A stretch of 64,000 nt of DNA from Eremomyces bilateralis CBS 781.70 (taxonomy: Eukaryota): the NCBI GenBank assembly GCA_010015585.1, contig ML975170.1; one strand, written 5' to 3'. The notes beneath the pieces were generated by a model that had not been told where the DNA came from, did not search any database, and saw only the letters and a list, made by a program, of their open reading frames with translations. The position numbers and the translations under genes are program-made. Below, piece after piece: positions 12,967 through 24,919 of the stretch. Positions within the stretch are counted from its first letter, which is position 1, and every line of letters starts with the position of its first letter.

Positions 12967-15657
12967 CTAACAACTGCTCCCCGCCGTAGACGGAGCCCCG
13001 TCACTGGCTTCCGCGATCGTATCGACTCCTTCTTTGGGACGCCCCCAAGTACGAATGTGACCTATAATGGTCCGAGTTAGCAACGACAGCATCCCGGCTA
13101 CCGCGGAGGCCGACTCACCGTTCATACAACTCGTCACCACCGCCTCCTCGACGAATCCCACCCAGCACAGCGGATGCTCGTCGACCTGCTTTGCCATCAC
13201 CGGCGGTAGAAGCGCCGTCCGCGACCTCGGTTCGACGGGATGCACGATTTCCTGTTCGGCGAGCTCGTGGTCTGCTCCATCCTCGCCACTGGGCTGCCGT
13301 GATAGGTTGCTGTCGGATCGAAGATGTGTGGAGGACGATTCCGCCCGTGTCCGTGCGACGGCAAGGTGGCTGGAAATGGAGGGTCGGTGTCGGACGGAGG
13401 CCTACGTGAGCAAATTGCTTTAGCCCGAGGTCACGGTGCTCCTAGAGTCGATAAACAAGGGGAGGGAGGGATGATATGCACCGCAAATCAGACACTCGTC
13501 AGCAAGCATGACATCGCTTTTCTGCAACGGCTCAAAGGTATGGTCCGGTATACCGGCTGGTACCTGTTAATGGAATAGCCCGTGTGGGGATAATTCCGGG
13601 TCCGTCGGCTTCGGGGCAACAATCCTTACCCATGGAATTGACTGGTAAGATATGCGGCCCGTACCAGGGGTAAATGCCCGAGCCGAGGATAAGATTTTCA
13701 ATGCATATCGAGCGAATTGAAAGAAAGTTCCACTTACTGCTCGAGGTCGGCCCAGCATGCCGACGCTAAAATCCCATAGTAGGAGTCGACAATCCTCTCC
13801 TACACTGCCGAATCGATAATTTCGTTCGTCGCATCGCCAGGGATCGAAGGCAACCGACGTCACCCACGAGGCATGCCCCTGGCATCGTGCAACGAGAGCG
13901 CTGTCTGCCACCGACCAGATGGAAACGAGGTCGTCCTGACCGCCGGTCAAGATATATCGGCCGTCTGGAGACCAGGTCACACAGAGTAGAGCGCCGTAGT
14001 ACGAATAGAATACATCGAGAAGCCTTTGACGCAATTGAGCATGGTGACAAGTTTGAGAAATGGAATGACATACTTCTCGTTGCAATAATCAAGCACTCGT
14101 AAGCCTCCATCATCACTGACGATGGCCAGGTATTTTGCATCTGGACTAATCGCGAAAGCGTTCACCCTGGCATTACTAATCTTCCAGAAAGACACGGGAT
14201 TGGATTTCTGGTTCGTGCTTTGGACGCTCTTGCACACCTGTAACGTGAACGACTTCGCGCGTCCCGTACCGTTCGTGTGTTCGTTAATCGTCGATGACGC
14301 GCTTCCACTTGACGACGTTGCGCCATTTGCAGCGGAAGCGACATTCTGTGCTAAATTGGCAGCTGAAGCAAAGGCATCGGTGGATGGGCGGGCCTGGGAA
14401 TGAGGAGCAGCGGATGGGCGATCGGTGTTTTCGGGGGTGAATGGCGCGTCTTCCTTCTCTTTGTCATATACGACGATCGAACCGTCAAAATGCGCCGCCA
14501 TGAATAAATTCTCGGAGCCCGGAAGCCAGCGAATATCAGCGACGGCGGACGAGTTAATAATACCCTGGCCAGGACGTTAAAAAATGTTCGGTCCGCTTCA
14601 GGCGGAGAACCTACGTTTTTATTCAAACGGGCATACTTCTGGGACATCGGCTCATACCATATAATGTCCCCGGTCGAGAAACCGATCACCATATCCAAGT
14701 GTTGTTGGGATTTCGTGAGTTGGTTGATGTCGTGACAGAGTGCATGTGCCTTGGTAAACAATATCTTCGTGAGGTTCTCGTCCTATTCCACACGATGGAT
14801 GAGTTCCTGTAAATGTGAAAATGGAGCTTGAAGGTTTCTCTCACCTTCTTCACATCGCTCAGATCCAACCACTGCAACCCTCGATTGATGTTCGCAAATG
14901 CCAATATCCCCTGCGGATTGCGCTCTCCAAGTCTCTTCCCCAGCGATTCATGAGGAATCACCCGGGACACAAACGATGAATTGCTCTTCACTATGTTGTT
15001 CTTCGGTTTTCGCCGCTTCGAGCCATCCTTCGTTTCTTTTGAATTAGGCTGTGGATACAACGCCGTGTTCCCCGCTCCAAACTGGGGGACCTGTGGCGCG
15101 TTCTCAGGAACTGAGCGCACAGTGCCAGCATTATGGGCTCCTCCGCCTAGGCCGCTACTCCATGCTGTTCGTGATAAGAGTAAAGAGGAGGGGTTTCGCC
15201 CAGTATTGCTGGCAGCTGGGCTGTCTTGCACGATGTCGCTCTTGCTTCCGGCCGCGGGGCTGCGGCTACTCGACGACGGACCGGAGGTGGATGAGGATGG
15301 TGAAAGAATGATGAGAGACAGCTTCGTACCGGCTGCGGGAGGTGGTATCGTAGTTGCGAGGGGATTGGTGTTCTGTACAGGTGCTTCGGAAGGATGGGGA
15401 GGCGGGGTCGCGAGAAGAAGGTCGTCGGTAAGATTGTAAGTGCCTGCCTATGTGGTCAGTTTGGGATTTTCTATGAGCCGTCGCTCGAAAAACAGCGTCG
15501 AGCCGTAATTCGACATACCTTCACCGAGCACCAATTGATATTCCGGCCCGGTGGGATGCGATAGCGTATTATTCGTCTCGAAGGGCTGTCCAGGGCCGCC
15601 AACGGAACTGTAGAACCCATCCGGCCGGGGTGGCGGAGGCAGTACGCTATACGCCAT
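12967..15657 (-). CDS. creC: WD40 catabolite repression protein CreC (multi-exon)
   Basis: N-terminal [45 protein letters not shown] repeats ([39 protein letters not shown]) and C-terminal GHIRTWGRP, spread over ORFs 15448..15657, 14686..15231, 14351..14761, 13977..14501, 13567..14085 and 12967..13245. Confidence 0.92.
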
Positions 15658-16546
15658 AATCCATCAGCATTGTTATCCGTATACCATATCAGAGATGTTG
15701 CGCGACTTGAAGCAGGACGACCACGGAATGCTCAGGTGGCTTGAGACAAGCCTTTCTATCATTGGCGCTGCGGTTGGCCTCGTGTTCACCAACCAAGGAA
15801 CACGCCATGCGAGACATGGTGTACAAGCAATAGAGACAAGGGCCAAGAACATCACAGGACAACATATACAGAATCGTATCATGCGGAGCAGAGTTTATAC
15901 TTACAACATAGTGTTGGGAGCAGTTGAGACCCGAAGGATCCCAGGGCTTAGTTCTCAATGATAGGTTGAATAGACTGGCAATACTTTTCAGTTGCCCGGG
16001 TCGTTGGACCCATGCTTCATCACAGACTCGTGCCGCATGGTGACATTCAGTAACAGTGGAAAATGAACTCAAAGATCACGACACAGCGTCAGATGAAGGT
16101 GAAGTATGAACTCATCCGGTGGAGTACCTACAGTATCGGGGCATCGGGATGTTGACGGAGTGGTGGGGCATTCGTTATAAGCGGCAAGCCTACCCATCCA
16201 GTTACACCCCTCATCCTAGGGAACACGTTTGGGCCTGACTACAACATCTCTTTCCGTCATCCGGCATATGAAGACTCTCACGGCGTCTTAATCATTTCTC
16301 CTCGACTGGGCCGAGCGAAGTCGAGGGTTTGAAGAGGATCATCGCGCAGGAGCAATTGGAGAAGGCCAACGCGGGGTCCACTTACGGGCCGGAGCTGGGG
16401 AGACGGGCGAGGAAAGTTGACTCTGGATGTCAAAGACCGAAACTGACGACTCTCTCTTAGCGGCATATTTACTCTGGTCAACATGTTTTGGTATGTCTGG
16501 CGTCTGTGATTTATTTCTAGGAAAATAACTAACCTTTAGTAGTCTT

Positions 16547-17523
16547 ATGAGTCCACCTGTGGAAAATTCCGTAGTCCAAATAGACCAGGATCGCTGGTTA
16601 CTAGGCGACGCAATGGTCTGTGAAGTTGTCTCAGAGGTATCAGAAAGTGCTTTGAAAAGTTGGAAAGATGATGATGGCAAAGTGTATTGACTTCGAGCGT
16701 TATCTGAAAGGATGGCGCGTCTACGAGATTAAGAGAATGTGGGAGCTCGAAAAGCGGCCTTATTCATCACGGAGGTACTTCTGCGGCGGTTTGGAACATC
16801 GCAGGAACATTTATTAAGGCCAAAGCATGGCGAACTGAGATGCAACTGGAAAGCGACACAATTCAGTTTGTTAACCGAGTCTCGTCGCTCCCTACCCCAA
16901 AGATCGTCTACTCGTGGATAGATACTTATTGGAGTCGCTCGTTTCTCATTCTGGAATCAGTGAAAGGAAAGACCCTAGCTCAGGCGTGGGATACATTGTC
17001 TTCTGATCGCCGTACTCAACTCGCAAGTACAGTTGCACGTTTTTGCAAGGCTCTGGCGGCCATGACATCGGGAAGACTAGAGACGGCGGATGGCACAGGC
17101 ATAGTCGAACCATTTCTGATAGCGCGGCCTCCGGACTCCGAGCCTTCGTGGAAGCCACAGTTTCTAGGTCCGTATTCTATCGAGCTGCTTCAGTCTTATC
17201 TCGCGGACCCTTCGGCCACCAAGTCCAGGGCTATAGCACCCTTTCTCTTCTACTACGTTGACCTTGGACCGGGAAATATAATCGTCGATGACGATGGAGA
17301 TCTCGTTGCGATTCTCGATTGGGAATCTGCAGCGTTTCATCCTATGTTTTGGCTCGGAACGAAGCCATTGCTTTCTGCTGGCTTTCTTCTCCCTAACGGG
17401 GATCGAAAGGCATGGGCAATTCTACTTACAAAAGCACTGGAGCTAGAGGGATTTGCACCGGATATGGACCGATATTTGACATGGAAAAGAGCTATCGGTA
17501 AAAATTTGATTGTTAGTGCCTAA
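16547..17523 (+). pseudogene. Aminoglycoside/choline phosphotransferase (APH)-like kinase, disrupted
   Basis: The ATG 16547 frame (MSPPVENSVVQIDQDRWLLG..) hits TGA at 16688-16690. A frameshift near 16705-16710 is then needed to reach GLIHHGGTSAAVW..MQLESDT (ORF 16840..17523), which carries YVDLGPGNI and ILDWE motifs. No plausible intron removes the lesions. Confidence 0.7.
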
Positions 17524-18073
17524 ACTCCCCGGGTTGGCTGTTAGACTCGTCCAAATGAAGCTCGACATGCCTTGTAGTGCAGACCTTGCACTTCATCGTT
17601 CACGTTGCAGGCCAAGGTTGGAAGTACGAAAGGCCTTGAGGCGTGGGCTGACTACCAGAAGACACCGACCCTATCCAGGGCTTCAAACAATAGGACTTAA
17701 AACAATCTTATTCGGATTGATTCACACGAACCTGCTAATGTTCGCTCGTAATCCATGCTCCGTACGCCCATTGGCGACTGCGATACCAATTGCTGACACG
17801 GTCCTCCAATATCAATGCTGTCCGAGCCAAAGGCGCTGAGGAAAATGAACCAAGGAAACCCGCGCAGTGTCGTCCTCGACGAGGAAATCCGGCCGACTCC
17901 CTTCCGCCCACCGTTGTACATATGCAAAACCCACTGTCATCACCATGTTGGCCCCCCTCCCCGCCCATTCCAACCATTCCATGATGCGTTACCCGTCGTG
18001 AAGGAAATCGTTTCGTGATCATATCGAAGCGACGGCCGCGCGCGTCGACAACAGGGATGAGAACGCGCGATAT

Positions 18074-19268
18074 TTACTGGTACGTGCCGTTGATTCCGTG
18101 GATCCCGTTGGTGCCGTTGATTCGGGATCGTCCGCTCGAGAAGTACGGATGGACTCGCGCTTGCTTGGCGGAGAGGCGCATGGAGGGATCGAAGGCGAGC
18201 ATCAGATCGAGCAGGTCGAGGCCGTGGTCGTCGAGACCGGGGACGAGAGGATTTTCCCAATTTCGTTGCCACTGGGGAAATGTGGACTTGTAGTCCGGGA
18301 AGCTTGAGACGCTTGGCCAGTTCTCTTCACTCGGGGTGCCGAGAAGCCTGCAGGTACGGAGGTTAGTCATGTCTACTTTATGACCGAGGAAAAGGGCGAA
18401 GCACGTACTTGAAGATTTTGAAGATCTCGTCGATCTCCGAGTCGCCGGGGAACAGCGGTTTCCGGGTGCACATTTCAGCAAAGATGCATCCGACGGACCA
18501 CATATCGACACCAGTAGAGTACTGCTTGCCTCCAAGGAGGATCTCGGGAGAACGATACCAGAGAGTGACAACCTGCGAACCGATGTCAATATAAGGGCAT
18601 CGCGAAGCTATATCATCCACTAACCTCGTGAGTATATGTTCGCAATGGAACGCCGAACGCCCGTGCAAGTCCGAAATCTGCCAGCTTCAGAGTCCCATCC
18701 CGGTCGATCAATAAGTTTTGGGGCTTCAAGTCCCGATGCAGCACCCGGTGCGAATGGCAGTACTGTATGCCCTCCACCAGGTTCACCATGAACTTCTTGA
18801 CAATATCCGGACCCAGTCCGAGCGTGCTGAGCGTGGTACCCACCGCGGAGTCTGGAAGGGGTTTTCCTCGTCCACCGTCCGAGACGGGCAGCGATTCCAT
18901 GTACTTCTTGAGGTCGAGGTCGAGGTATTCGAAGACGAGGTAGAGTTTGTGACCGTCGGCGTGAACAATGTTCAGTAGGCGGACGATAGCGGGGTTGTTC
19001 AGTTCTTTGAGGAGGGAGATCTCTCGAATGGCGGTGGATGGGACACCTTCATCCTCTGCCTCGAGGCGGATCTTCTTGAGGGCGACGACTTTGTTCGAGG
19101 TGAGGTCTCGAGCTTTGTATACCACACCGTACGTCCCTAGGGATCGAGATGTCAGATGAGGAATTCTTGATGGAGGGGTCGTAGTTCAAATGACAACACT
19201 GAGGACATGTTATCAGTAACGGGTTACATACCTTCGCCTATCTTCTCCATCTTCTGGTAGTTCTCCAT
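18074..19268 (-). CDS. CDC28: Cyclin-dependent kinase 1 (Cdc2/Cdc28/NimX)
   Basis: [83 protein letters not shown]; at least 3 introns. Confidence 0.98.
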
Positions 19269-19887
19269 GATTAGCAGACAATCGATCGAGGAGAAACGTA
19301 ATTGAATGTCTGTAGCCAACGCTGTTGATACCCAGAAACGAAAGGGATGGTGACGGTTCGGTACAGACAAAAGAGAAACCAAAGATGGAATTGAAATCTC
19401 TCTGATGGACAAAGTGCACGCAACGATGATCCAACCGGTTGCTGTTAGTTAGTAGAGAAGTTTCTGAACAAATTGACGAAGGTGATGGATATGATTATTA
19501 TGTTTCTCAGCGGGTTGAGTGGGAGACTGCTATGGTGGGTGATGGCCATGGGTCAGACCTGTGTGGGTAAACATACGGACCCTGGTGAGTTGGGGGCTTG
19601 TCGCGGTTGCACCGCGATGCAGATGCGTTCTCATGTGTGATTCGCTGATGTCGCGTCCGAGTCCCTGGATGCCTGGATTGAATGCCTTGATGCCCGATAC
19701 CCTCAATCAGGATCATAGATATAAAAAACAATTCAAAACATCCAGAGCAGTGTGCCCTGATGACTTGATCAAGTTAAGCTAAACTATTAAATCACCGAAG
19801 GCTTTATTTTCATCCATCTATCCCTGCATCATTTATTCCGTAAGCAGACCATATCTTCCCACATTTGCCTAGCAACGAGGTCATGAT

Positions 19888-21159
19888 ATGAGTCCACAAA
19901 TGCTGGATGCGCATGCGAAGCCGCCAGACAATGTCCGCTCTCTGTACAAACGATATCAGCGTATGAGACCCGAGGAACTGAAAACTGACCCGTTGATCCT
20001 TGATTTCTCTAAGAACATCGATACATTCGACCAGCAGGAAGCTGCTGGTCTTAAAATTATTGGCGTCATTGGGAGAGAGACTCTCCAAGATGCCTTCACA
20101 AACTTCGACCCCAAATTCTCAGACGGCAGCCAAGACACGAAGGTCTTTGAGCACGCAGATATGCCTGGTGGGTCATCCACGCTCCGCGAAACTCTTTTCT
20201 GTAAAGAGGATGATTTCGCAGCGGATTGCATTGCCACGTTGAACCGTTTCGGAATATCCTGACATGCCCCAGGTTTGCATATCATCCCATCCCTTCTTCC
20301 TCCAAGCATCCAATCGTCTCTTTTAAACCGCATGCTTCATCGAGACCTTTCCAATCCTAGTCACCAAACCAACATTCATCTTCATTACAATGTCACGTAC
20401 CCAGAGCCCCCGGCTTCCTCGTTCTTTTCTTCCAAAGTCGGCGAGGCCTCAACGAACTCCGAACCCACCTTCATACCCAAGAATCCCGAAGTGCACAAGC
20501 CATTGGCATTGACGAGCGTGCTTGCCAAAAAGCTTCGATGGGTTACTTTTGGAGGGCAGTACGATTGGACTGCTAAAGTCTATCCTGAAGACGCTAAAGC
20601 TCTACCGCCATTCCCGAGCGACATTGGAAACCTCATCTCGGATTTGTTCCCCGACACGCTAGCAGAGGCTGCGATCTTGAACTTTTATTCTCCAGGCGAC
20701 ACTCTGAGCGTGCATCGCGATGTGAGTGAAACCACAGACCGCGGCCTAGTCAGCTTGAGCTTCGGCTGTGACGGGATATTTATCATTGGACCCGAGCCGG
20801 AGACGAGCGAATTTGATCCAAGAGACGGAGAACGGCCTATCCCAAACCCGAGTGGGTGCATTGCGCTCCGCTTGAGATCGGGAGATGCCGTTTATATGGC
20901 TGGAAAGTCGAGGTTCGCCTGGCATGGCGTCCCGCAAATTATACGAGGCACATGTCCCGGCTGGCTCGAACAATGGCCGGCCACCGCGGATTCGGGGGAT
21001 GATAATGTCCACAAGAGTGATGGAGATGTACTGCTACCTGACCAAATGGCGGATGACTTCGGCAGGTGGAGAGGATGGATGAAGAACAAACGTATCAATC
21101 TGAATGTCAGGCAAATGCAAGAGGAGTCGTCCAAGCAGAACAGGTATACCACTGCATAG
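19888..21159 (+). CDS. AlkB-family 2OG-Fe(II) dioxygenase (ALKBH1-like)
   Basis: KLRWVTFGGQYDW, NFYSPGDTLSVHRD (HxD), FAWHGV, RINLNVRQ; intron 20168-20272. Confidence 0.9.
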
Positions 21160-22089
21160 AGAAACCCCCCAGAAGTGGAAATATATGAGATTGCTTCTAA
21201 TACAGCGCATACTGCGGATGAAGGCATTATAGCATCATAACGGAGTTTTGTGTCTTAGATTAGTCCATTCAAGTCTTTCCAATGTAAAAAAGGACGATGG
21301 TGGCGTTGGAGCATGGAAATACTGTCTCGCTATTCAAGATGCACTTCGTACTCTCTCCAGGAAAGATGCTCATTTGTAGCCAAACAATTGTAATTTTTGA
21401 GATGCACATAGTTTCCGATGACTAGAAGCGACGAAAGAGCGAAATTTACGAAGATTTATAAGAGTTACAATGTGCGTAGAGCCTCTGAGCTAGTTCAATG
21501 TCAAAGTACCTCAAATTCATTCCAGCATGGAGGGTGTTCCATGACGCAGTGAGGGAGGTTAATGGCCGTTCCTTGAGTCAGAATTTGCTCAATAGTTTGT
21601 GTCCATATGATACCAGTTGGTTGTAAATGGCTAATCCATTCGTTTACATCCTCCTGCTGGATATAGGTACATCCTCAAATCCCTAAGGAGACGCATGTAA
21701 ACCATCTGATCTAACATCCAAACAAACTGCTGTTCCAGGATTTGAGTACGGGCATCACCCATTCCATATGCCGGCCCCATGAGGGTAGATGGTGGGCGAG
21801 AAGTATGAGGCGTTGAAACGGATGGTTCGATGATAGAACCCTGGTGGTGAAGACAATCTTCGGAGACCGCTGCCAAACTGATAGTAGGCTGGCGATGCCA
21901 GGATAGCCTTGATGACTCAGGAGAATGAAACCTCTCTTGATAGATGGAAGTCATCGTTGAATACTACTGGCTTCGCCGATTTTTTATTCGTGCCCCATTC
22001 AGTGCCACCACCTCTTCCCGCCGCAAGCATCTGCGGTACCAGTTCGATAGTCACCCACTCCGGCCTGCAACGTTCTTGAACCGTGCAGA

Positions 22090-23269
22090 TTAGCTATCGA
22101 ACAAAAAGGAAGCAGCCAGATCCACATTCCCATCCGCCGCATCCATGGCCTGAATCGCCTCCGCCATATCCACTCCCAGCGCCATGAGCGTGTCCAAATC
22201 TTCCCCTTTCCACCGTGTTTGCAGCTGCCCTCCCCAGGCCTGAGCCGGGTTCCGCAATCTAGCATCAATGCTCGGCTGGACACCTGTCGAACGCGTCCGT
22301 ATCACCGATCCTAGCTCTTGGGCCCACTCCCATGGCTCGTTCGTCCCCTCCCGCTCAAGCCCCGCGTTGAAATACTCCCAGCCCATCACGCCGCCGAAAT
22401 TTGGGAACGCGGCCCGCACGGCGGCGAGAACGGTCTTCATTCGGGGTAAGTGGACGTGGCCTGCACCGTTCGCGGGGTTGGTGATTAAGCCAAGGACGAT
22501 TCGGGAAGGGTCCCATCCTTGAGCGATCAAGGAGGCGTAAAGGAACGGATTCGAGGCGTCGCCCCAGTTGCAGTAGGTGATGGCGGAGTAGAACGATATG
22601 ATGGGCGCAGTCGGTGGCGCCTCGGGTGTGGACGTGACGAGCGATTGGCACCATGTCTCGAGTTCAAAGTAGGAGAAGCCCGAAAGATGCGGTAACCCGG
22701 GTATCAGAGCTGTAGCGACGGGAGCGAGTGAAAGGATGAAGGACGGTCCGAAGTCCAAGCGGAGGCGGGTTAGGAGCCGTTGGACAGATGCGACGGGGAT
22801 TTCTTCTTCGATCGAGAGGTCGAGTCCATCCAGGCGATGTCTCCGTACCACCTCTTCGAGAGGGCGGTAGTATGCCTCGAACTGGGACAAATGATCAGTC
22901 AGTGGCCTTCAATACTTGCCATTCGGAGCATACGGAAGAATCATCTCCGCTGAGCCGTAGAAAGCTGCCATGCGCCGCTCCTCCGAGCATGCCCATCACC
23001 TTGATTCCCGAGCCCTGGAGCCATGCCACTTCCTGCCAGAGAGTATTGAACTTGGCGGCGTCCGGCGGATCATCGTTAAGTGTGATATTCCCCGGTCCGT
23101 TATTAATATGTATCGCTGCGACTATGACGTGCGTAACTCCTGTGCTTTTGGTGATGAGAGGAAGGACCGAGATAACGTTGCCCAAGGAGTCATGATGTGT
23201 TTGATAGTACAAAATCAGGCGAGGTCCTTCATGTACAGGAAGAAGATCCTGCCTAACCGCTGGCGCCAT
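22090..23269 (-). CDS. GH18 endo-beta-N-acetylglucosaminidase-like protein (no signal peptide) with C-terminal UBA-like domain
   Basis: RLILYYQTHH, VTHVIVAAIHIN, KVMGMLGGAA, LDGLDLSIEE, FGGVMGWEYFN; one intron at about 22882-22933; tail EDLDTLMALGVDMAEAIQAMDAADGNVDLAASFLF. Confidence 0.88.
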
Positions 23270-23680
23270 GTGTGAGGTCAAAGAAGATTTCCCAAAATTA
23301 TAGTAACTATCATCGCGGATGTTTCATTGAATGAGACATGCTACAGCAAGTCTGTGACACCAGCAGGAATGATATTGGATTCTCAACCTTACGGTCCCAA
23401 TGAGAATCGTGATTCACTTAAATCAAAGAGTTGGACACCGCCCCCCACGATTGGATGTTTGGGATTTTCTCGAGGGTACTGGATTGCTTTCTGGAAGCAA
23501 TGTTGGCTGGTCCTCTTGAACCCTAAACCCTATTTCACGCGGTACCCACGGTCCAGACAACGGGATGTCGATCTCAACTAGACGCAACGCAAGACGCTCA
23601 TTAGAGCCATGCATATAGCACATACCTATTCCACCAGGGAAGGCGTAGCATTAGCGGCATCTAAATAGTACTACATAAGC

Positions 23681-24919
23681 CTATAGCTCGGGGCGATATC
23701 GATATTTCTCCAAGAACTTTGCGGCACCACGAACCGCCTCTACAAACTCCTTTTTGAATCCAAGCAAATGCCCAACGAGTGCAATATCGTGAGGAGCATG
23801 CTCCGTCACGAAAAGCTTTACCGTATTCCCGACCCCGATATCCTTCTTCCCGCCTTTAATGCCCACGCCCTCGGCCAGCTTGTTAATCTTGCCGATATTT
23901 TGGGCGGGGGCCGTCCCTTCGGGCGAACCGTCTCCGAACCTTTCCACCAGCTCGACGTGATCGTGGAAGAGGACTTCAGCACCCCCGCTCTGGACGAACA
24001 GAGGCACAGGCGTGCGGAACGGGTGGTGAAGAGGGCTGATATATGGATTCCTCGGATCCAGCTTCGTGTTGTGGTCGCTAATGTAGCTACGTCCGCCCCA
24101 GGCACCGAAGGCACCGCACAAGTAGTCGGTTGACTCGTGGGGTGAGTTTCTAATATTCGCTGGATCAATAGCGGCCTCCAAGTCGACCCAAGGAGACCAG
24201 AGGAATGCGCATGCCGGGTGGCTTAATCCAACCTGCTCGCCAAATTCAGCAAGGAATCGAAGGAGAGCGAGGACGAGGTTGCCTCCAGCAGAATCACCGG
24301 AGAATATGATTCTGGATGACGGGATACCAAGGGTCTTTGTCAGGTAGACATATGAGGTGATAGCATCCTGAACGGCTGCTGGGAATCGACTATCAGGGTT
24401 CGACGCAAGACGATATTGCGGGCAGAAGACGTATTTGGCAGGCGTGGTCTTCAATAAAGTTGCGGCAGTGAACCCAGCATCTTTAGTTCGGCCATCACCA
24501 ATTACATATCCTCCGCCGTGAAAATTGAGAACGACGTCCACATTGGCAGTCCCATTCGCTGGAAAGGGTTCCGGATACCATGTTCCTCCGATCTTCTCAG
24601 GCTTTATATGCTCGTCCTTCACCGGACCCTCGTAAAACGACGCGTTGGCTGGCGACAGGACCACGAACTGCTTCTTCTCCCCACCGGGTCGAAGCGACAA
24701 GGGGGTGCGTACCTCGACATTCGCTGAATGGTAAAGGAAGGACCTGACGATCCGGGTCATGAGGGCTTGTCGGAAGGTCCATTTCGGATTCGGTCGCAGA
24801 GGTGGAATCAGGTACGTCAATATCCAGACGGGGAATCGGATGAGCTCGAAGGTCAAGGCGCAAAGCGCGTAGAGGGCCTTGAAAGGCTGGCGAGCTTGAA
24901 TCTTCGACATCATGCCCAT
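23681..24919 (-). CDS. Alpha/beta hydrolase, HSL/abhydrolase_3 esterase family
   Basis: Intact 412-aa ORF with HGGG oxyanion motif, GDSAG nucleophile elbow, SPWVD, and HD near the C-terminus. Confidence 0.92.
   Translation of the reverse strand: MGMMSKIQARQPFKALYALCALTFELIRFPVWILTYLIPPLRPNPKWTFRQALMTRIVRSFLYHSANVEVRTPLSLRPGGEKKQFVVLSPANASFYEGPVKDEHIKPEKIGGTWYPEPFPANGTANVDVVLNFHGGGYVIGDGRTKDAGFTAATLLKTTPAKYVFCPQYRLASNPDSRFPAAVQDAITSYVYLTKTLGIPSSRIIFSGDSAGGNLVLALLRFLAEFGEQVGLSHPACAFLWSPWVDLEAAIDPANIRNSPHESTDYLCGAFGAWGGRSYISDHNTKLDPRNPYISPLHHPFRTPVPLFVQSGGAEVLFHDHVELVERFGDGSPEGTAPAQNIGKINKLAEGVGIKGGKKDIGVGNTVKLFVTEHAPHDIALVGHLLGFKKEFVEAVRGAAKFLEKYRYRPEL

Noticed and set aside
18080..18125. Short repeat at the CDK1 C-terminus ([13 protein letters not shown])
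   Set aside because: Ordinary low-complexity tail.
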